From Candidatus Staskawiczbacteria bacterium (GTDB lineage: Bacteria > Patescibacteriota > Minisyncoccia > Minisyncoccales > Staskawiczbacteraceae), in NCBI GenBank assembly GCA_041661545.1, contig JBAZUH010000001.1, forward strand, positions 467,877-531,876: DNA of 64,000 nt. The letters run 5' to 3'. Within the stretch, counting starts at the first letter, position 1, and each line of letters opens with the position of its first letter. The position numbers were made by a program, and so were the translations under genes. Positions 7,939 to 16,700 of the stretch are shown here, one piece after another. The notes below the pieces were generated by a model. The model saw nothing but the letters and a program-made list of their open reading frames with translations, was not told where the DNA came from and ran no database searches.

Positions 7939-10900
7939 TTACTGACCTGCAAGATATAAGCTGACTAACGACACTAGCGCAGTTATAATTCTTTGATAAA
8001 TATTTATTATGACAATTCTATTTTCTTCTGTAGTTGGAGGAGTGGTTGGTGGAGTTGTTGGCTGTAAATTTGTTGGAGGTGGAGTTGTTGGCTGTGTGGG
8101 TATTTTATTGCTTGTGCCAAATAAGCTTAAAATAGATAATCTAATTTGATTTAAAGATTGGCCTATATAATCAAGTATTGCTTGAGGTGTAGTTTGGGTT
8201 GCAACTGGAATAATCGTAATAATTGGTTGACCTGGCGTTGCCCCACTACTTACGACCGTCTCTGTACAAGCATTGTTTGTACATGCAAATCCAAATTCAC
8301 AATCATCATCAACTGCACACGAGGTTCCTGCTCCGCCCACTGTTACCGTAATCTCTTCTTCACCATAAACAGCCGAGCCATCATTTGCCGTAGCTCGCAC
8401 AGTAACTGTTCCTACATCAGTAGCTGTCAATAAACCTGTTGAAGAATTAATGGTAGCAGACCCTGTTCCATTTGTTACAGACCACGTTACTGTTTTATCA
8501 TTTGCAATTGCTGGTAATACAGATTCGCTCATTTGCAAAGTTGCGCCGTTAACAACTTCTGTAGCATTGCCTGCGCCAGCAACTGTTATGCTTGTTACCA
8601 AGTAATTATAATAATTAACAGTTCCGTTGGCTGTTCCACCAATAGGATTTTCTGAAGGACTATAAACCTCGGCGTCATCAACTATTCCATCGTTATAAGC
8701 AGAATTTTTAAACGTGGCAACGCCTGTTACAATTCCAGTAGAATCGTTATATGTAGAAGCATAAAATGTAGCTGTTCCACCAATTGACCCTGCGTTATAC
8801 GCTGTATCGGTTCCATCTAAAACTCCAAAAACCGCGTTACCGGTTATAATTCCTGTAGCACCATTATATGAAGAAACTCCGGTACCCGTAAAAGTGTTCG
8901 TATCTGTAGTCCCATTATTTTTCTTTATTATTCCTAAGTTTGTTGTAACTGCTCCATTATTTGTGGTAACAGTTTTGCCCGAATTGTTAGTTACAACAGT
9001 CCCCGTATCAGAATTGGTTGTAACAGTTCCGTTGTTGGTGGTTACTGTAAGGTTGTTGGTAGTTACAGTTCCGCTGTTAGTAGTAACTATTCCGTTATTC
9101 GTGGTAACTGATCTACTCAAATTATTAGTTACAACAGTTCCTGTATCAGAGTTAGTTGTGACTGTTCCGTTGTTTGTAGTTACTGTGAGATTATTTGTGG
9201 TAACAATTCCGCTGTTAGTTGTAATAATTCCATTATTTGTGGTAACAGTTTTGCCTGAATTGTTGGTTACAACAGTTCCTGTAGCAGAATTGGTTGTAAC
9301 AGTTCCATTGTTTGTAGTTACTGTGAGATTATTTGTGGTAACAATTCCGCTGTTAGTGGTAACAGTAAGATTATTTGTAACAACTGTTCCCTCAGATGCG
9401 TTTGTAGTAACTATTCCATTGTTGGTGGTAACAGTAAGATTGTTGGTGGTTACTGTGCCTGTGGCAGAATTAGTTGTGACAGCTCCATTGTTTGTAGCTA
9501 CTGTAAGATCGTTTGTAGTAACTGTTCCATCAACACCGTTAGTTGATACAACCCCGCTGTTAGCGGTAATTGTGCTATTGTTGGTTGCTACAACGCCCGT
9601 AGCTCCATTTGAATTAAGCACCGCACTATTTGTTATAATATTTCCTAAGTTTGCGTTAGTTACTGCTCCTAAATTGTTTGTAATGGTTGCATCATATGGG
9701 TTTGTAGTAACAGTTCCTGTAGCAGAGTTGGTTGTAACAGTTCCGTTGTTGGTGGTTACTGTAAGGTTGTTGGTGGTTACGGTTCCGCCCGAATTGTTAG
9801 TTACGACAGTTCCGTTGTTGGTGGTAACTGTTCCATTATTTATGGTTATAATACCTGTAGCACCAACACTACAACTTCCTGTACCAGATAATTCTCCTAC
9901 TGTTCCCGTAATGGTTGTAACGGTACCATTATTATTATAAAGACCAATGCCAGCACCGTTATTAAGCAACAAGGTTCCACTAATATCTGTAATAGTGCCA
10001 ACATTATGTATTCCATAATTACTAGTATTATTATTTAAAGTTCCACTAATGTCAGTTATTATGCCCCCAGAATAATTAAATATTCCAGAAGTGCCATTAT
10101 TATTATTCAAAGTTCCACTAATATCAGCTATAACACCTTCGTTATAAATACCATAGCTGGCACTGTTATTATCAAAGGTTCCTGTAATATCAACAATTGT
10201 CCCTTGGTTTGTGATATAATATCCATTTGAAATAGCCACGTTACCAAGAGTAACCGAATTCCCATTTAGAATGAAAGGGCCATTAGAACCAGCACTAATT
10301 TCTACCGTAGCACCGTCTGAAGGCACTTGATTTTCTTGCCAATTACCTGCGGTGTTCCAATCTGTGGTGTCGCTACCATCCCAATGATAAGTAGGTTCTG
10401 CATCTACTGCTGTTATGTCAATTGTTAAGCCACTTCCATCTAATGCAACGCCCGTTGCCACACTATATCCAGTTCCTGGAGCACTTATGTCAATAGATGA
10501 GATAACCCCAGTCGTATCTACTGAATCCACATTTACTGTGCAACTATTCCCTGATCCACCAGATGTTGAAATGCCCGAACCTACGTTATATCCTGATCCT
10601 GCTGTATTTATTGAAACTGCTGTAACCATCCCAAGAGCTACGCCATTTATATCAACAGAGAAATCGTTATTCCCGCCACCATTTGTTGCTATCATAGACC
10701 CTGTACTATAGCCAGAACCTACAGAAGTCAACGTCCAGGCAGTTACCTCTCCACTCCCGCCCACACTATCAACATAAATAGTTGCATTATACGAACCAGC
10801 TTGAATTGTTAAAGTTTCACCACCTAAATACCCAGAACCCTGAGAATATGTTACTACAGATACAACAGCTCCAACAATACCATCAACACTATCAACATTA

Positions 10901-12708
10901 ACATAACCATTAAAGCTATCCGCATATACATTTAAAACATCACCCTGTTGATAACCAGAGCCCCCCGAGCTAAGAGACACGCTTGTTATTGCGTTAGTGG
11001 CTGAATTAGTTGCTGTTACTATAACGCTACCATCATTATTGCCCCCTGGCACTGAAAAAGTTTGACCTATTGGATAATTACTATATCCCGCATTACTCAA
11101 CGAAACACTCACCAATCCATTTGTATAAACTGGGTCTACAATATAATCAAAATCAACACTGCCTATTACTTTTAAATCAAACAGGTCTGTGGGGGTTTGA
11201 AGATTGGTTAATAAAACTTTTTGAGTTTTGGCTTCAGCAATGTTTTCAAATGTTGCAACTAGTGGGCCGTGAGTAACATTTCCATTTTCATCTGTGTACG
11301 CAGGGTAAACTTCAACTTTACCTGGGTTATTTAGGTTGGTTGCTTTAGCATGAATTGTATTATCTTTTGTATTGTCTAAAATGCCATCAAAGGTAACTCT
11401 TACATATTGATTGTTGGTGATGGTGATATAATTGTTGTCTTGGAATCTTACTGTATCATATATATCAGCTAGTATATTTTGTTGTTCATCTAAGTGGAAT
11501 GCTTGGGAGATAAAGATAATATTAAATACTTGGGTTGATAAATGAGGAACTGTCCATTCAACATAGTCTAGTTTACCATTGTTATCTGTGTCGTAGGCAT
11601 GAAATGCAACCTGCTGATTGCTTTCATTTTCCCATTGGATTTGTATTCTATTCTCTTGACCTACTTTAAATATTTCAGGAATCTTGGTTGAGGCTAATAC
11701 GTCGGTAATTGGAGCTGCTGGGTTTTCTTCTACCGAGGAAACTGTTACTTGTTGACCCAAGTCTGTAATTTCTGAAATTATTTCCGTAGTTTGAGTAATA
11801 TATTCTACAGCTACAAAATTTTCTTCTATGATTGGGTCTTCAGTTATGATTGGGTCTTCGGTTATTTCAGGAGCTACTATTGATTCTTCTATCGAAGTTT
11901 CCTGAACTGTTACTTCAGTTGATATTTCTGGTATTATTGGCTCTTCAGTTATAGTTTCTTCTGAAGTTATTGGTGAAACTTCTTGTTCGGTTGTTGGCAA
12001 AACTTCTTGTTCGCCTAAATTTTGTTCTAATAAAATTTCTGTAGGCAAGGCTTCAACAACTTCAGTTATTTCTGAAACTTCTTGTGATATATCAACATAT
12101 GTGGCCTCTGAGGTTTGAATAATTTCTTGAGCTTCTGAGTTGTTAGTAATTACTTCTGTGGCATTTTCTATAGATTCTGACAAATCAGCCGAGAAGTATT
12201 CATAAACATTATTTAAAAACCCCCAAATATCCTTATAAATAGGACTTAATGAAAACATAAATCCTTGATTATTTGAATTTTTCGATGGATATATTGCTAG
12301 CTGTTGTCGTTGAGCTAAAGATAATATATTTGTTGGCTTAGACAAAAGAATTTTATTTGCTGCATCTTTAGTAACTAAAGCTGTTTTTATATTCTTTGCA
12401 TCTTGGGGAAGCTTTACTAAATATTTTCCCTGCATAACTTCGCTCTTAGCTACTAGAGTAGTATATTTTACTTGCTGGCCTACTACAACTTGCTCTTGCA
12501 GTATGGTAGTTCCTGTTGCTATTTTATCTTTTGGTATTTTAGGAAGAAAAATAAAAACACCTATAATTAAAAACATTATTACAGATAGTGAAAATGTAGA
12601 GAGTAGAATGCGGTTGTTTCGTGTTTTCTTTTTTTGATAATTTCCAACAATATCTACAGAAGATATTTCTTTTGAAAATTTTTGATTTTTTATTTTTTTA
12701 TTTAACAT
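7939..12708 (-). CDS. Giant cell-surface protein 1 (N-terminal TM anchor, Thr/Asn-rich tandem repeats, Big_2-like Ig domain, conserved C-terminal tail)
   Basis: 1589 aa from the ATG at 12708 (the track ORF starts at a TTG at 12717). It has a TM helix LLSTFSLSVIMFLIIGVFIFL, about 46-aa TNNGTVTTNS repeats, a Big_2-like segment (ATLQMSESVLP..TVTWSVTNGTGSATINSSTGLLTA) and a Cys-rich knot CAVDDDCEFGFACTNNAC. Confidence 0.9.
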   Translation of the reverse strand: MLNKKIKNQKFSKEISSVDIVGNYQKKKTRNNRILLSTFSLSVIMFLIIGVFIFLPKIPKDKIATGTTILQEQVVVGQQVKYTTLVAKSEVMQGKYLVKLPQDAKNIKTALVTKDAANKILLSKPTNILSLAQRQQLAIYPSKNSNNQGFMFSLSPIYKDIWGFLNNVYEYFSADLSESIENATEVITNNSEAQEIIQTSEATYVDISQEVSEITEVVEALPTEILLEQNLGEQEVLPTTEQEVSPITSEETITEEPIIPEISTEVTVQETSIEESIVAPEITEDPIITEDPIIEENFVAVEYITQTTEIISEITDLGQQVTVSSVEENPAAPITDVLASTKIPEIFKVGQENRIQIQWENESNQQVAFHAYDTDNNGKLDYVEWTVPHLSTQVFNIIFISQAFHLDEQQNILADIYDTVRFQDNNYITITNNQYVRVTFDGILDNTKDNTIHAKATNLNNPGKVEVYPAYTDENGNVTHGPLVATFENIAEAKTQKVLLTNLQTPTDLFDLKVIGSVDFDYIVDPVYTNGLVSVSLSNAGYSNYPIGQTFSVPGGNNDGSVIVTATNSATNAITSVSLSSGGSGYQQGDVLNVYADSFNGYVNVDSVDGIVGAVVSVVTYSQGSGYLGGETLTIQAGSYNATIYVDSVGGSGEVTAWTLTSVGSGYSTGSMIATNGGGNNDFSVDINGVALGMVTAVSINTAGSGYNVGSGISTSGGSGNSCTVNVDSVDTTGVISSIDISAPGTGYSVATGVALDGSGLTIDITAVDAEPTYHWDGSDTTDWNTAGNWQENQVPSDGATVEISAGSNGPFILNGNSVTLGNVAISNGYYITNQGTIVDITGTFDNNSASYGIYNEGVIADISGTLNNNNGTSGIFNYSGGIITDISGTLNNNTSNYGIHNVGTITDISGTLLLNNGAGIGLYNNNGTVTTITGTVGELSGTGSCSVGATGIITINNGTVTTNNGTVVTNNSGGTVTTNNLTVTTNNGTVTTNSATGTVTTNPYDATITNNLGAVTNANLGNIITNSAVLNSNGATGVVATNNSTITANSGVVSTNGVDGTVTTNDLTVATNNGAVTTNSATGTVTTNNLTVTTNNGIVTTNASEGTVVTNNLTVTTNSGIVTTNNLTVTTNNGTVTTNSATGTVVTNNSGKTVTTNNGIITTNSGIVTTNNLTVTTNNGTVTTNSDTGTVVTNNLSRSVTTNNGIVTTNSGTVTTNNLTVTTNNGTVTTNSDTGTVVTNNSGKTVTTNNGAVTTNLGIIKKNNGTTDTNTFTGTGVSSYNGATGIITGNAVFGVLDGTDTAYNAGSIGGTATFYASTYNDSTGIVTGVATFKNSAYNDGIVDDAEVYSPSENPIGGTANGTVNYYNYLVTSITVAGAGNATEVVNGATLQMSESVLPAIANDKTVTWSVTNGTGSATINSSTGLLTATDVGTVTVRATANDGSAVYGEEEITVTVGGAGTSCAVDDDCEFGFACTNNACTETVVSSGATPGQPIITIIPVATQTTPQAILDYIGQSLNQIRLSILSLFGTSNKIPTQPTTPPPTNLQPTTPPTTPPTTEENRIVIINIYQRIITALVSLVSLYLAGQ

Positions 12709-12785
12709 AAACAACAATATATTCTTATTATATTATCATATAATAATTTTAAAAAGGAAGCAACAAATTTAAATATACAATTTCT

Positions 12786-12814
12786 TTGACATAATACAAA
12801 TAAAAGTGTAATAT
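12786..12814 (+). promoter_or_regulatory. Sigma70-type promoter of the C39-like/PEP-CTERM gene
   Basis: TTGACA (12786..12791), a 17-nt spacer, then TAATAT (12809..12814). Confidence 0.6.
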
Positions 12815-12871
12815 AAAGTTGCTTTTCTCGCCTCTTTGAAAATTCAACAACTAGAATGAAAGGAACGCTTT

Positions 12872-13675
12872 ATGAAACATAAGCATATGGTAGCGCTAGC
12901 AATGGCGCTAATGATTTCTTCGGCGAACGCCGTTGTAATAACGGGAGTACCGTCTTACACAAACTATCACGGCTGCTCACCAACTTCTGTCGGCATGATC
13001 CTGGGCTACTGGGATTTACAAGGTTATAGCAACCTTTTTACTGCCTCGGGTAGTGACGTGATGCTGACAACCAACGTCCAGGGCCAAATCTCCTCTGATG
13101 ATCACAATCTCAGATATGATTCAACTCCCGACAACACCACCATCCCAATTTCCTACACAAGCATCGCCGACTATCTTGGGACATCTGTTGATCCATTAGG
13201 ATATGGCGCAAGCTCAGTTGCTACTACAGGGGCAGCTACAGTGGCCTATGCTTCATCGCGTGGGTATACATTCACAACAGCAAACAAAACGTTTTCCAAC
13301 ACTTGGAATGCTCTTGTCGCAGAAGTCAATGCTGGACGGCCAATGCTGTTATTTGTTGATTCTAATGGCGACGGAACAGTTAACCATACCGTGACTGCCA
13401 TAGGTTATGACACCAACTACAATGGAAATGGACAATATTATTTCTGCTACAACACGGGGCATGAAGATGAAGCCATCGTTGATGCTTATAAATTTCAAAG
13501 CTATGTTGGTGGAGGTAAACCATTCGGAGTTTATGGTGGCATCACCGTTAACCCCGGAGTTATTCCCGAGCCAAACACTGCGATGGTTCTCATTGTTACC
13601 GCGATGGGACTTTCATTCATACGGCATCGTGCCGTTTCCCGGACCAACCTCAAGGCCCGGGCTTTTTTTAAATAA
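12872..13675 (+). CDS. Secreted papain-like (peptidase C39-like) protein with a PEP-CTERM-type C-terminal anchor
   Basis: Signal peptide MKHKHMVALAMALMISSANA. Candidate Cys motif GCSPTSVGMILGYW and His motif HTVTAIGYD. The C-terminus IPEPNTAMVLIVTAMGLSFIRHR follows the pattern PEP + TM + basic. Mid-GC composition. Confidence 0.65.
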   Translation: MKHKHMVALAMALMISSANAVVITGVPSYTNYHGCSPTSVGMILGYWDLQGYSNLFTASGSDVMLTTNVQGQISSDDHNLRYDSTPDNTTIPISYTSIADYLGTSVDPLGYGASSVATTGAATVAYASSRGYTFTTANKTFSNTWNALVAEVNAGRPMLLFVDSNGDGTVNHTVTAIGYDTNYNGNGQYYFCYNTGHEDEAIVDAYKFQSYVGGGKPFGVYGGITVNPGVIPEPNTAMVLIVTAMGLSFIRHRAVSRTNLKARAFFK

Positions 13676-13684
13676 ATATACATC

Positions 13685-13721
13685 AAAAAAAATACCCTGA
13701 CTTTACGTTAGGGTATTTTTT
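13685..13721. terminator. Bidirectional intrinsic terminator
   Basis: aaaaaaaATACCCTgactttacgttAGGGTATttttt. Confidence 0.8.
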
Positions 13722-13736
13722 ATTAAATTATAATAA

Positions 13737-16700
13737 TTATTGTGCAGACTCCCCACCAATATACATACCTAATATAGAAATTAAGGTATTTATAATTTTT
13801 TCATAAATATTTATAACTGCTGATCTATTTTCTTCGGACGTTGGTGTTGATGTTGGTGTTTGATTTAAAGGAAGCGTATTGGGTTGTAAATTATCAGGAC
13901 CAGTTGTTGGTTGAGCGGGCGTTATAAAGTTTAATCTTAACAAACCAATAGATTTTCTAATTTCGTCTAAAGCTTGGCCCATATAGATCATTATTGATTG
14001 AGAAGTAGTTTGAATTGCATCTATTGCTAATGGAACTATTGAAGTTGCTGTGTAAGAACCGCCGCCTCCACCACCAACTGTTGGAACTGTTATGGTGGCT
14101 GTAGCAGTATGGTCTCCGTCTGTGGTAGTTACTGTTATTGTGGCTGTTCCAGCTGATATTGCTGTTACTAATCCTGTGTCGCTAACTGTGGCAACCGATG
14201 TATTGCTTGAAGACCAGGTTACACTTGAGTCTGTTGCATTGTCTGGAGCAACTGTGCTTGTGAGTTGGTGAGTTGCATCAACTAAGATGCTGGCTGTGCT
14301 GTCATCTAATGTAACTCCTGTGACAGAAATATTTAAAGTTGTTACTGTAATTTCTAATTCTCCATATACATTAGAACCATCATTAGCTGTTGCTCGCACT
14401 GTTACTGCTCCTACGCCTGTTGCTGTTAACAACCCAGAAGAATTAATTGTAGCGGTTCCTGTTCCATCTGTTTTTGACCATGTTACAGTTTGGTCTGTTG
14501 CATCTACAGGTAAAATTGATACAGACATTTGTAAAGTTGAGCCGTTAACAACTGTTGTTGCTGATTCTGCGCCAGAGACGGTGATGCTAGAAACTAATGT
14601 ATCTTCTGGTGCAATTTCTGCACAAACCCCATCTGCGCATTCTAATCCAAAATCGCAATCATCATTAATTGCGCAAACCGAGCCTGCACTCATGTCTGAA
14701 CAATAACCATTGCTAGTGCAAAAAGCTGAACTACAATCACCTCCCACTGTACATGCTTCACCATTTGCTGCTGGTGGAGCAGGAGGTATCTCCACGCATT
14801 GATTTGTATCCCATGTATAACCCTCTGAACACAAATATGTTCCACTATAATCGGTTACTGTGGCGCCGGTAAAATCTGGAGGGCCATAAGCAGATCCGGT
14901 CATATCAATTGTTCCATAATTATCTACTGTGCTTGTATATGTTCCACCGTAAATAGTTCCTACGATTTGGTTAATTGCACTTACAACATAATTTCCTGCA
15001 TAGATATCACCCGAATTATCAATCCCCCAACCATCTCCCGTGTTAGTTAGTGTGCCCGTAATATTTGCGATACTTCCATGATTATCAATGCCATAACCAG
15101 TGAGAGTATTTGCAACAGTTCCCGAAATATCAGTAATTGCACCACCATTATAAATACCAGATCCGTTGTCACTATTATTAATGGTTCCTGAAATATTGGT
15201 GATAGTGCCACCATTAAATACGCCGTAGCTAGTATCACCGCTACTATTTATTGTTATAGAAGCAATTGTAACTCCCGTAACACTACCTGAAACATATACT
15301 CCACGGCCACTGCCTGATACATTAATAGAATATGAACTACCTCCACTCAACGTAACGTTGCTTGCGCTAATAACAATACAATTTCCACTAGATACAGACA
15401 AATCTGTGGTTAAGGTGTAAGTACCTGATGAAGTTATTGTTCCACAAGTGCCAACGCTAGTGGTAAGAGGCAATACACACATTGCGTTGCTTAAGTTATC
15501 TGCGCCCAACACTTTATTGATACTTGTACAATCAAAGCTAGTTACAGGGGTAACTGTTCCACTGTTGTTAGTAATTGTTCCAACAATTGTAAGGCCCGCA
15601 TTAAGGTTAAGAGTTCCAGCAGCTTCTACGGTTATATTGCCTGTAATAGTGCCCGCCCCATTAACAACCCCATCATAAACAACAAATCCCACCCCACTAC
15701 TAGTATTATTTATTGTAGCTGTATTGGTGACTGTAATTGTGCCAGAATTATATACACCATAGCCTGCACCACTGTTAGTAACTGTTCCTGAAATATTAGA
15801 AATCGTAGCACCATCATTATTCACAATACCATAACCACTTGCATCGGTGTTTTCAACAGCTCCTGAAATATTGGTAATTGTTCCCAAGTTATAAATACCA
15901 TAGTTATTGGCATTATTGGTGAAGGTTCCCGAAATGTCGGTGATAACAGCATTAGCGTTATTAGTAATACCAACGACACTAGTATTAGTAAATGTTCCTG
16001 AAATATCTGTAATGGTGCCGTAGTTACTAATACCACCATTAGAATTTATAACTGTTCCTGAGATATCGGTGATAATAGCATAAACATTGTTGACAATGCC
16101 ATTACCGCCACCACTAATTGTAAGAGCCCCTGAAATATCAGTTATTGTGCCATAGTTACTAATAATGTTACCTGCACCGCTATTTGTAATAGTGCCCGTA
16201 ATATCAGTAATAATTCCAGAGGTGTCATTATAAATACCAATATTACCAGAACTATTATCAAAAGTTCCGCTAATATTTGTAATTAATCCTTGGTTTAAGA
16301 TAGCTTGACTGGCCGAACCAGTAAAAGAAATCGTTCCGGTTATATCAACAATAGTGCCCTGGTTGATAAGATAATATCCCGATGAACTACTAATAGTTAA
16401 ATTTAAAATTGTGACTGAGGTACCACTTGGAATAACAGGGCTATTCATTGCACTATCTACAATTTGTACTGAAGTGCCCTCTGGAGGGACAACATAATCT
16501 TGCCAATTTGATGAATCGTTCCAATCTGTACTATAAGAACCTACCCAAGTGTAAAGGGGTTCTGCATCTACTGCTGTTATATCAATTGCTAAACCATTCA
16601 TATCTAACGAAACGCCACTTGTTACTGAATATCCAGTTCCCGGGGCACTTATTGAAATAGATGATATAGTTCCAGCAATAGAATCTATATTTATTGAACA

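Noticed and set aside
8894-9940. 348-aa + strand ORF (VVTVPLLVVTV... repeats) opposite giant gene 1
   Set aside because: It is the antisense reading of the Thr/Asn-rich tandem repeats. The product is monotonous Val/Leu/Thr with no start context. The minus-strand gene has clear domain content.
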